A stretch of 64,000 nucleotides of DNA, from the NCBI GenBank assembly GCA_951406725.2, contig OX597821.1, forward strand, positions 39,928,001-39,992,000, written 5' to 3'. Within the stretch, counting starts at the first letter, position 1. The number at the start of each line of letters is the position of its first letter. The position numbers and the translations under genes were made by a program. The DNA comes from Octopus vulgaris (lineage: Eukaryota). Below are positions 52,873-64,000 of the stretch, piece by piece. The notes beneath the pieces are model-generated. The model saw only the letters and a program-made list of their open reading frames with translations, made no database searches and was not told the DNA's origin.

Positions 52873-54313
52873 AAATAGCCTTCTCCAAAATGTGTGACCT
52901 TGTAACAATGCTAAAACTGTGCTACACACATTCATTCAATCCTTCATGTGATTAACACAAAAATCTCCGTCAGAAAATGGAAAGCATTTTAAGAATGGTT
53001 CAATAAAACATGATCTAGTTTATAACTTGTGCTCTTGTTGTTGCTGTTGTGGTTCTTTTGTTTTTGCTGTGGCCAATATTGTTGTTGTTCATGCGACGGG
53101 TGTAACGGCAGTAGTAGCTGAAAAGTTAGCTGCCTTTGCAACTTCTGGCAACAGCAATGGTGATGGTGGCAGCAGCGGTGGTGGTAGTGGTGGTGGCCTG
53201 GATGGTCTTTTGTCTTTGCTTGTTTACCATATATTAATTTGAAAATTGCCAACCGAAGCATAAAGCAACAACAACAAGAGAATGTGAAAGTGAAAGTGAA
53301 ACAAACACTTTTAAGCAAGTTTAGTGAAAGTTTCTCTCAAACTCCATCAATACATAATTTATAAAGTTCGGCCAATTAGGAGGATATCCTTGGTGATTTT
53401 CAAGTTGTATATCCGGATTGTTCTACGCACCAGACTTATTACATGCTCCACCTTTTATACTTTTTCTCCATCTGCTTCTCTCTTTTTCCTCTTCAGCTTC
53501 CCTCCAACTTCATTTCTTTTCTTTTTGTTCAATATTGTTGTTGTTGTTGTTGTTTTCAAATTCATTTTCTTTTCCCTTATTGTTCATTTTATAGCTACTG
53601 TTGCTATTGTTGCTGTTGCTGTTGTTGTTGTTGCTAATTCTATGCTTTCTATTGTTATTTCTAACATTGCTGATTATTGTCATTTATTTTATTGTTTATT
53701 CTTTCTGCTGTATTTTTTTATTGTAACCGTTTTGTTACTGCTACTCTTGTTGTTGTTATTGACGATGACGACGATGTCGTTATGTTGTTGATAACTATTA
53801 TTATTATTGTTGTTGTTGTTGTTTGCCTCTGTTTCTGTTTGCTCTTGTTCCTCTTGATGTCATTGTTTATACACACTTAGTCTGTACTTACAGCCATATG
53901 AAAGGATATGTTGCTTGACAAGGCTGCTTTCCTCTTTAACTCAATAATTAATCTTTTAAGAGAACAACCATGATTCGCCGTCGCCATGGTACACCAATAA
54001 CACACAGTCTCAGCCTTGTTAAGTAGCAGAAAAAATTGTTCTTTACTCATAAGCGCTACCAACTAAATATGCAGCCAATCAAGCAGAACATTGGGTTTTC
54101 CTGATCAACTCCTATTATTGATTATTGCTTGTTTTCCGATTGATTTAGCAGCATAAAACACATGCAGGGTGAGGTGGGTGAGGTGGACGACAATGGAAAC
54201 ACCCTGAAGAGTGGGGAGAAAATTTCAGATAATCTTTCAAAGATATTCTCAATTTTGCCACATGCCTCTTCTACTTCTTTTTCTTCTTACTGTAAACTTA
54301 TTCATTCATTCAT

Positions 54314-54557
54314 TCTTCTTCTTCTTCTTCTTCTTCTTCTTCTTCTTCTTCTTCTTCTTCTTCTTCTTCTTCTTCCTTCTTCTTCTTCTTCTTCTTCTTC
54401 TTCTTCTTCTTCTTCTTCTTCTTCTTCTTCTTCTTCTTCTTCTTCTTCTTCTTCTTCTTCTTCTTCTTCTTCTTCTTCTTCTTCTTCTTCTTCTTCTTCT
54501 TCTTCTTCTTCTTCTTCTTCTTCTTCTTCTTCTTCTTCTTCTTCTTCTTCTTCTTCT
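54314..54557. repeat. (CTT)n/(GAA)n tract, ~244 bp, one 1-nt interruption
   Basis: Read directly; gives the poly-S/L/F/R/K/E ORF artefacts. Confidence 0.97.
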
Positions 54558-54739
54558 CAATGTTTTCCCTCACACTTTCTCTGCACAATCGCTCCACTTC
54601 ATCGTTCATCACCAGTTATGACACCAGTGACTCGTAAGATTATAAATTACACTAAAGAAAACCAGCCAAAGTTGTGGGAGAAAATACATGTATGTGTGTA
54701 TTTATACATATATAAATATGTATACACATATATGTGTGA

Positions 54740-54778
<39 letters not shown>

Positions 54779-54805
54779 TGTATGCACATATATATGAGTG
54801 TGCAT

Positions 54806-54860
<55 letters not shown>

Positions 54861-55884
54861 CATATATACACAGACATATATGTACATATATATATATATA
54901 TATACATATGTATATACACACATAAATATATATATACACACACATATATGAATATATACTTAAATATATATAAATATATATATATATATATGCACACATA
55001 CATATATATATTTGCATATACCTGCATGTGTTAGTGTACATTTTGCACATGTGTATCAGATATGTGTGCGTGTATATATATATATATATATATATATGCA
55101 TGCACATACATAAACATCTATGCCTGATATACATATATAACTGTATAACTTAAAGGGACAATTAAATGACCGATGCTAATCTTGACTTGATTTAGCGATA
55201 TCACATTTGATTTAATGCAGGGTTTTTTTTTTAACTATTACCTCCCCAAAATTTATCGATATTTTATTTTTCGCCTCCATTAAACACATTCGGTGACTGG
55301 TTCTGTTTGTCTGATCTCCTTCTTAATGCTTAAACAACACTGGCGACGTTGGCAAAAGTAGAAGAACACTAAAATCCCTCCCTCTTTTAACTGCTGGGAA
55401 AAGTCATTTCGAGAAAGCAATTAATCATTACTTATTGTTCGTGTACGAAATTAGTAAGTAGGTATAAACATGGTGTAAGTTATTGCTACTAAATCTTCTT
55501 TCTTATTTCCTTGACTTTCTAAACTGAGTATTATACCATGTGACACAATCTTTCTTTAAATAAAAAAAATAAAAGAAAAATTTGGAAAAGGAAGGTTAGA
55601 ACGTTAAAAGTGACTGTAGCAAAATAAATAAATAAATAAAAGATCAAATATATAAAGCAAAACAAAATAGAAAAATAACCAAAAAAACAATATTGAAATG
55701 CCAAGGCAAGTAGATTGGTCCAATTACAGACTATTCAGGTGAATGGCTAATTTAGCTGGCTTGTTTGGTTGTAAACAGGCAAAAGGAATTGTGGCTGAGT
55801 TCAGCTGACCTCCATGTTCTGTAATATGCTAAACTGCTCCAGCATTGTAACTCCCCCATTAACATGAATGTATTGGTCTATTGG

Positions 55885-55934
<50 letters not shown>

Positions 55935-56318
55935 TTTATAGTTAAGTCAATACTTTTGCAGACCATAGTATATGGTTAACTGCTTAACTGTAATATAAGC
56001 CCATGAAAGATGGTTATTTTCCGGAATAGACTAGAATGTAAATGCGTTTGAAAGTAACATATCGGGATATAAATGAAATTATCAAATGAATACTTTAGGA
56101 CTCTCAGATCTCAAGACTTCTGTTCAAATTTCCTTCATCCCATTGCATATTGGGACCAAACAGTCTTTACAAACAACTGTTTCTGGCAATTAGGAAACTA
56201 TGGCATTATGATGCTATCATGCCCTCTTTGCTCTTGATCATGGAATTTCTACCTGACCATTTGTTATTATTACCTAACATTGATTAATATCATTTCTAGA
56301 TTAATATTTATTTCTCTT

Positions 56319-56754
56319 AAGATAGCAAGCTGGCAGAAACATTAGCATGCCGAGTGAAATGCTTAGCGGTATCTTGTTTGTCTTTACATTCTGAGTTCAA
56401 ATTCCGCCAAGATTAACTTTGCCTTTCATCTTTTCGGGGTCGATAAATTAAGTACCTATTTCTTTACTACCCACAAGGGGTTAAACACAGAGAGAACAAA
56501 CAAGGACAGACAAACGGATTAAGTCGATTATATCGACCCCAGTACGTAACTGGTACTTATTTAATCGACCCCGAAAGGATGAAAGGCAAAATCGACCTTG
56601 GCAGAATTTGAACTCAGAACGTAGCGGCAGATGAAATACCGCTTAGCATTTCACCTGGCGTGCTAACGATTCTGCCAGTTGTATACTGGGGTCGATCTAA
56701 TCGACTGCCCCCACCTCCCCAAAAATTTCGGGCCTTGTGCCTAGAGTAGAAAAG
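56319..56754 (+). mobile_element. SINE A (tail 2) interrupted by an antisense SINE A (tail 1) at 56457-56678
   Basis: Outer 16-bp TSD aatatttatttctctt (56303-56318, 56755-56770); inner copy splits gtacc|agttg. Confidence 0.9.
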
Positions 56755-56774
56755 AATATTTATTTCTCTTCTTT

Positions 56775-57000
56775 AAAGTGGAGAGCTGGTAGAATTGTTT
56801 GCCTGCCAAGCAAAAAGCTCAGTGGAATTTTGTCTGTCTTTATTTTCTGAGTTCAAATTTTGTTTGAGATCAACTTTGCTTTTCATTCTTTCAGGGTTTA
56901 TAAAATAAGTACCTGCAGAACACGGGGTGAGGGTGGGAGTCAATGCAGTTGACTTACCACCTCCCCTGAAATTGTTGGCCTTGTGCCAAAATTTCAAGCC
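56775..57000 (+). mobile_element. SINE family A, tail type 2, diverged
   Basis: Family head, core and ggccttgtgccaaaattt tail. Confidence 0.8.
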
Positions 57001-57453
57001 AATTTTTCTTTCTCTTCCATTTTGTGCGAAACAAAGTCCTTGATTTTGTTAAGTGTTTCACTGCTTTATCCTTAATTTTCCCTCCTATTATTAAAGCATT
57101 GTTTTACAGCTGGATGCCTTTCCTGTCACTAAACCGTATCTGTTTTTCCTTCTTTATATGCATTTCACACATCTTCAAAGGTATAGTAATCTGATGATCT
57201 GCTGACAAAAGTGACATTAACATGCATGTAAATGAACATATAAACACACATGCACACACATACATTCCTACATGCACATGCATGATGGGCTTCTTTCAGT
57301 TTCCTTCAAATAAATTCACTCTCAAGGCTTTCATCAGTCCACGGCTTTAGTGGAGGAGATTTGTTCAAAGTATCACAGAGCTAGAAACCATATAGTTGAG
57401 AAATGCACTTCTTATCCATTTGGCCATGTCTGCTAGCTTGATCTAAGGGACAA

Positions 57454-57508
57454 AGTTCTGGAGGGGGTCTGTGAAGGCTATGGGCATTCACAGACCCCCT
57501 CCAGAACT
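57454..57508. repeat. Perfect 22-bp-stem hairpin with 11-nt loop
   Basis: agttctggagggggtctgtgaa / ttcacagaccccctccagaact. Confidence 0.9.
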
Positions 57509-57901
57509 GGTGAGATCAAGGTGGTCAACACTCCCTCTCCTGAGCAAATGCAATCTAACAGTAAGACATGATTGGGAGAGCATTATAGAAGGAATTTTAT
57601 GCAGCCAACAGTTAGACTTTCAGGCTTCAGTCAAAGAATACTGAAGAAATAACTGTGCTGGAATTCCTCTGATGTAAAGGTACAATGAGTGCTGTGTGAA
57701 GAATTTGATAAGCATTGGGATTGTAGCAAACAGGGAAGAAGAGTAAAACAGACATGGGAAACAAAGGGTGAGATCAGATCTGATATGAAAGCAAGTCTCA
57801 GGTTGTTAAACATCACAGACAAGTCGACATACTATGGAAGGAATGGTAATTTAATGCTTGAATACATTGTATGTCATCATTTGAAACTATGACAACATTA
57901 A

Positions 57902-58359
57902 CCCTTTTGTTACCATATTCATTTTGAGATGCTCTTTGTTTCTTTCTATTATTTTAAAAAAACAAAGAATTTAGTAAAATAACTTAGTTATCTTTTGTTT
58001 TTGGATTTGGTTTGCAAGATTCTTCATATGAGTTTGTGTGTTGAAGCATATTCTGTTGTGTCTGGGGAGAGTCATTTTCTTTTTGTGCCTTATAATAGTC
58101 AAGACTATTGAAAAAGTTGCAAGACGCAATGAAAATTTTAGGAAAATAAAAATAAGAAATAAGTGGAAATTTTACCGGTGAGACACAAAAAGAAAATGAC
58201 TCTTCCTAGACACAACAAAACTTAGTTATCATTAAACTAGTGTTAGGAACATAAATTGTGACTAAGGTTTGGTGGAAGATTTTAATTCAAAACTTATGAA
58301 AACAAGACATTTGTACTACAGAGCCAGAGCTGGTTTCAGCCAGGTTGGCAACGAAAGGG
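57902..58359. mobile_element. piggyBac-like MITE
   Basis: TTAA|cccttttgttacca ... tggcaacgaaaggg|TTAG: imperfect TIRs with CCC/GGG ends and a TTAA-type target. Confidence 0.7.
57993..58218. mobile_element. Nested insertion with 12-bp TSD and internal 34-bp inverted repeat
   Basis: TSD aacttagttatc (57981-57992, 58219-58230); arms 58054-58087 and 58184-58217 with two mismatches. Confidence 0.8.
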
Positions 58360-59378
58360 TTAGACTGCAGATATTTAAAAGATGGATTTTGCTGATGATG
58401 ATATTACATAATAATATGGAAGGTATTTAATTATTCATGACAACATATGTAATTAATTATACATTACATCACACAGCTGATAATACTTTTTGTTGATGTA
58501 AATATGCTTAACCTTGCTGAATATTTTGAGATAAAATCAAGTTAATGAGAACACTTGATCAGCAACTAAGCTATCAAAATTTCAATCTTCGTTAAGTGAT
58601 GTATTAATGAGTAACATGTTTTCTCACTCCATTGCGTGCATCTTATAGACGCATGGTACATACAGTGTGCACTATGGCTTAACTAAAACATACATGTTAA
58701 TAAATGAATTTCACTGGTTCTAATGAGATTCATAGGAGGTTAAAAATCACAATTGTCCAGTCGCTGATTACGTGTTTTCATTAATTTGCATTCAAAACAA
58801 TCTTCACATCAGAACTAAAAATATTTTCTGTAGACATAATGGAGTAATATGGAAATATTGGGAGATGTTGCTGCCTTGAGCTAGAAACAAACGTCCATTT
58901 GAAACATGATAATATCAGAATCACAGAATACGCTACCATATACGAAAATGTATTTTATAGCTAGAGAAATAATTTAGATTGGTAAGGACTGTTAGGTGTC
59001 TGTGCTTGAAATAATAAACATTGATAACAACAAAACAAAGAGTACTGAAGTACAAAAACATATCAAAACCAGTGACCAGTACGTGTGGGCTGCCTTAAAC
59101 TATATTACAGGAAAAAACAAAAATTTAAAAAGAACCACTGCAACATCTCAAAGCTGTCAGACTGCAATGTTTCATGTATGCTTATGATTCCATGAGACTG
59201 TTTACAATAATAACAACAACAACAACATGAATCAGTGTAACAGGAGAAGTAGAGGAAATCAAACCATGGTAATTCTCTTTTCAATGTTCCTTTTGAAAAC
59301 ACTTTAATTTGTCAATGTGTCAACCAGTTTCTGGTCGAATATAAAATTGGCAATTTCTGTTTGATACACCAACAAGGA

Positions 59379-59413
59379 TGTGTGTGTGTGTGTGTGTGTG
59401 TCTGTGTGTGTGT

Positions 59414-59450
<37 letters not shown>

Positions 59451-59541
59451 TGAGTGAGTATGTGTGTGTGTGTGTGTGTGTGTGTGTCTGTGTGTGTGTG
59501 TCTGTGTGTGTGTGTGTTTGTGTGTGTGTGTGAGTGAGTGA

Positions 59542-59572
<31 letters not shown>

Positions 59573-59592
59573 AGTGTGTGTGTGTGTGTGTG
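59379..59592. repeat. (TG)n tract with internal higher-order duplication
   Basis: The gtgagtgagtgagtatgtgt block occurs twice. Confidence 0.9.
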
Positions 59593-60334
59593 GTATGAAT
59601 CCCTCGCAGATGATTTCACCACTTCCACTATCAACACTAGCTCCACCATCTCCTCTCCTCCCTCTTCTTACCTTACCAAGGCTACTACAGTCTCTGTTTA
59701 AATCTAAGGTGTGTTACCCTTTCAGTCAGTCAACTTTGAATGGCAATGGTGAAAAGTTAATAAAAACTGGATAGCCTGGAGCCTTTCAATTTAGTACATC
59801 ACTAGTAAGTACTTCAGCTATACTCTGTCATATGTTTGACCAACAATTCCAGCCAATATTTTGTAGCACTGACATCGTCTCTTGGCTATTGGTCAGTTGT
59901 TTCTTCATAAGCTGCTGTCTTCAATTAAATGACATTTGAACAAAAAAAAAAATCATAAATCAATATTTATTATTGGTTTCTGACCGAAAATAGTATCTTG
60001 ATATATTGATTTTTAACAAGGGTATGAGCCAAAGTTTTATAAGATAGTCATGTAATCAAATGAACTGACATTACTTTGTAACTGAGACTCATTGTATCAT
60101 AGATCTACCTCAAGAAATGAGGTAGAAACACTTGATCCTAGTTGCATTTGAACTCAGAACCATGAGACACCAAACTTGTTATCATCAATTCCTGAATTAT
60201 AGTATCTTTGATATCTTCATTAATTTTGTTGTTTGAGACACCATTATTTTCTTACTAGATTCAAAGGGTGGGGTTTTAGTCAGTTGAATAAAGTTTGGCA
60301 TATGACCAGTTCTCATCAGTCCCCTAAAAATTGC

Positions 60335-60535
60335 TGTAAGCTGGCAGAAACATTTAACATGTGGGATTTATGGAAGTTCTTCTGAGCCTTTATATGCTGA
60401 GTTCAAATCCTGCCAAGATTATTTGTGCCTTTCATTCTTTCAGCTTCATTAAAATAAGGTACCAGTCAAGTACAGGAATTGGTGCTATCTGCTAAGTCCC
60501 TCCCTTCAAACTACTGGCCATATTTTTAACTTGGA
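60335..60535 (+). mobile_element. SINE family A, diverged
   Basis: agctggcagaaa...gagttcaaatcc...gcctttcatt...gtaccag. Confidence 0.7.
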
Positions 60536-60636
60536 ATCCATTTATCAATCCACTCAAGAAAAGCCAAAGTCATCCAAGGGAATTCGGACTGCTCTGTCTG
60601 CTGCTATGTATTTCTACTTATCACTGTTGTATAATA

Positions 60637-60903
60637 CTAGTACTATGACCCGGCAACGCTGGGTCATAGTGCTAGTGCATGCATATACAGCTGGCTGGCA
60701 TTCAATTGGCGTATCAAGTTTCGAGCATTTTGATTGGGTTTTGGATAGTAATTTCACAAAAAAGTCACTTCTATTGATTTTTTTAATGGCTTTGTGGGAT
60801 GACTGCGGAAATGTAAAGATTTGTGCGAGCCCTCTAACTGAAAAATTGTGGATTTGTATAAAGGACACGCACGCAGACATTTTGCTGTTTATATATAGAG
60901 AGA
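60637..60903 (-). mobile_element. Non-autonomous Helitron (family H2) with extended terminal palindrome
   Basis: Minus strand starts TCTCTCTATATATAAA (like H1) and ends CTAG; A|T target; palindrome 60636-60676. Confidence 0.8.
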
Positions 60904-61168
60904 TTTCATTGTGCTGGGGGAAATAGTCATTTTATCTGACCGGTCACAAAATTCAGATTTTACTGAGATGAAGGAAGGTGAAACTGAATCTGTATCAGAA
61001 AAATTATGTTGTATCTTATTGTTTCTCCAACTTTTACGTCTCTTGCATGTTTATATATTAATTCCACAAGTTATGCAACAATTGTGATTATAAACATTAA
61101 CATCGTCATTCAATATTCATTTTCCATACTGCCATGGGTTGAATGGAGTAACAAGATATGGTGAGACA

Positions 61169-61397
61169 TGTATAAGGCGGTGAGCTGGCAGAAACGTTAG
61201 CATGCTAGGTGAAATGCTTAGCAGTATGTTGTCTGCCGCTACGTTCTGAGTTCAAATTCCACCAAGGTCAACTTAGCCTTTCATCTTTTCAGGGTCGATT
61301 AAATAAGTACCAGTTACACACCTGGGTTGATGTAATCAACTTAATCCCTTTTTCTGTCCTTGTTTGTTCCCTCTATGTTTATCCCCAATAAAGAAAT
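61169..61397 (+). mobile_element. SINE family A inserted into an old B-like SINE
   Basis: 16-bp TSD aagatatggtgagaca (61153-61168, 61398-61413). Confidence 0.9.
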
Positions 61398-64000
61398 AAG
61401 ATATGGTGAGACACAACACTATGTCAAACATCAGTATCAGCTTTGTCATAGTTTCTATGATACCTTTCCTATTGCCAACCATTTACTGTGTGTACTGGGT
61501 GCTTTGAATGTGTGTGTGTGTGTGTGTGCCACTGGAACTAGTGAGGTTGCCAAGTAACTTGCAAGACAGAAAGTGAGGCACGGTTGATGATAAACAGCAA
61601 TTGTCGAAGACATGCACCGAACACCAGAGCTGAAGACACCTCCGAAAGTGGGGGCCCCGCCACGTCAAAACGGTAGAGGAGTAGGGGCCAAAACCGGACA
61701 TGGTTCCTCCTGATGATGTCTTGAGCTAACTGGATCCTATAAAGGAGCTGTTGTGGTAGCAGACCACGAAACACAGTTGTAATTCCATGTTCTATACTGG
61801 CATGGGTTGGACAGAAACGAATAAAAAAAGATACTAACAATGTGTCTGTTGATTGTAAATAGAGTATGGAGGTGTCTTGTATATATTTAATAATTTCTGA
61901 TAAAGTCTTTTATATTTGAGAATATATGATGTATTACAGAACGTTTCAGTTGTCATGTTCGTCAATTAGAAATAATTCTAAGTCTCAGAAGAACCGCATG
62001 GAAATTTGGTAGAGTATATTAACAATATCAACCCAGATGACATCGGATAATTGAAGCATGACTGACAGACAGTTTCTTAGGTGTGAGTCTGAACACAACA
62101 AAAACAAAAACAAAAAAAAGGATACATGAAGTTCCAAACAGAACGTTTTAATAATATTGAAGCACATATTTAGAATTTACATCATACGTAGCAAAGACAA
62201 AAGTAATAAGTGAACGAACATCAATAGAAAATGTAAACTAACCAGCTCTCTTCATCAACATCTCTGTAGTTAAAAATGGCACGTGTAATATCATCTCAGA
62301 AAAAAACAAAATATTCTTGATATGATATGAGATTTGTTTTGTTTTTTATCTTTGTTAGATATGTAATATGTAACACAAAAAGTGAATAAATTTTAAAATA
62401 AAGATGAATTATCATGAGGGAAGGCCAACATCTATTAAGGTTTTAGGAACTAACATATTCCATACTAAATGGGATACAATATTAAATGTGACGTTTGATA
62501 ACTCTGATCAGATATCTATCAAATAGAAGTCATAATATGCTAGAAGTAGGAGGGTGGAAAATGGCAATTTTGATAGAAGTTTTCTCTGGGAGATGAGGTG
62601 TTATTCCATATCTGTCACAGACATTGTGTGGTGCTTGTTGCTAAAATATGTAACTATATTCTTTTCTGATTCTGAAAATAGTGAAAATATTTATTTGGAT
62701 TTAAATATTCTTAAACTTAGGAAGATAAAGCTATTTGAAACAGCTATTCCAGTGCTTATTCCCTTCAAACCATTTTACATGTTTTATACACAATATCACA
62801 AATTGTTTATGATTCAATAGAATAAAACTATTTATATTTTCACACACAGTTGTATACGCACACACAGACAGGCATGCATAATGAATGTGTGTGTGTGTGT
62901 GTGTTAAAGGAGAAAAATAGGTAACTGGGAAATTAAGAATAATGAAGTTAAAATAGGATTAGAGAAAAGAATTCCCAGCACAAATGATAAAAAGAAAAAC
63001 TAGGGAAAAAATTCAACCGAAGGAAAAATCAAGTATTAGAAAGGGGTTGAAAAAGGATTAAAAAATATAAACTACAATATAAAGTAATAACAAGGAATCA
63101 ATTGTAAGTGATCCTGATAATATAAATGATTTACAACAAACACATAACGACTGCACATAGCAACTTAGTTGTAACTTTTATAGACAGGGTTTACAATAAT
63201 GTCGCTTTTATATATAAGAAGTTTTTTTTTATATAATAAAAATAAAAATCATAAAAAAATTGGAAATGTAGGAAAATGACAAAAAGAGATGAGACACAAA
63301 TATTATATATATAAAAAAAATCTACTTAAAAGTCTGATAGTAGGTAAATTTATGTTCTACCTGAAACATCTCTTTAAAACCCTTAGCTATCAATATAACA
63401 AGTATATTAAAACTATATGTAAAACAAAAACAAAATATAGAAATAAATTCTTTGACGCTATCAAATATTTCTCTAAAGTGAATTGATATTGGATTATTGA
63501 CAATCTAAGCATAATTATAGAAATATTAAACGAATTATTAAAGAAAGAAAAGTATAGAAAATACTCTAAAGAATTATGATTTCACTTCTAAAATCTCAAA
63601 CTTGAAGACAAATTGGAAGACATCATAATTGAAATTACAGAATGGCAAAAGAAAATTATAAAAATAATAACAAAGAAAAACTAAAAAAAAAAACAAATCA
63701 AGGTTCAGTAACATTAGTAAAATAAAGCTGTCACTATATTTTATATTAAACTGTTATTACTGTATAGTGTCTGATCAGCCTTGTAAGGCATTCCAATTGT
63801 GGCCATCTCATCAAATTTTCAAGTACAATATAGAACAGTGTTATTAGTCCTTCCTTTTTTATAGATTGTAGCATGTGATCTCAAGGTGATATGGTTGCTA
63901 TGTGTAGCAGGTCAAACAGCTGCATAGAGGCTCCTCACTTCTTTGATTTAGGTTAAGTAAATGTAAATTCATTTTCCTAAACATCAGAATTCTAATGGGA

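Noticed and set aside
53027-53880. Hydrophobic and Gly-rich ORFs resembling membrane proteins
   Set aside because: Derived from degenerate (GTT)n/(GGT)n/(GCT)n repeats.
54162-54797. 211-aa ORF with poly-L/poly-S, the longest in the window
   Set aside because: Produced by the (CTT)n tract and (TA)n; no domain content.
62400-63700. Possible very old PLE or LINE remnant in A-rich sequence (similarly 3330-4400, 10050-10480, 43900-44340, 57600-58950)
   Set aside because: Only scattered motif-like hints; not enough to assign without a profile search.

Overview
AT-rich, microsatellite-dense eukaryotic DNA, intergenic or intronic. The repeat repertoire looks like coleoid cephalopod (Octopus-like) genomic DNA; this is an inference, not a database result. 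No intact protein-coding gene is supported. Most ORFs in the track are microsatellite or SINE artefacts, and the informative ones are decayed transposon fragments. Contents: at least four tRNA-derived or related SINE families (labels A-E are mine), several with clear target-site duplications (TSDs); R4/Dong-like restriction-like-endonuclease (RLE) non-LTR retrotransposon fragments sitting in (TAA)n arrays; degenerate Penelope-like (PLE) RT/GIY-YIG remnants; three non-autonomous Helitrons; Tc1/mariner fragments; and a piggyBac-like MITE with a nested insertion. The most notable feature is a tRNA-headed (Pol III box) SINE-like element at 16.83-17.19 kb. It carries a minimal hammerhead ribozyme (HHR) motif plus a Penelope-style inverted copy of its 3' end. 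Further hammerhead-type motifs with fold-back junctions occur at 23.07 and 45.88 kb, and a degenerate one at 42.76 kb. Also noted: a perfect 22-bp-stem hairpin (57.45 kb), a (TAA)n array with five stacked insertions (30.3-32.4 kb) and one weak candidate exon (35.25-35.38 kb, minus). Boundaries of old, degenerate copies are approximate.
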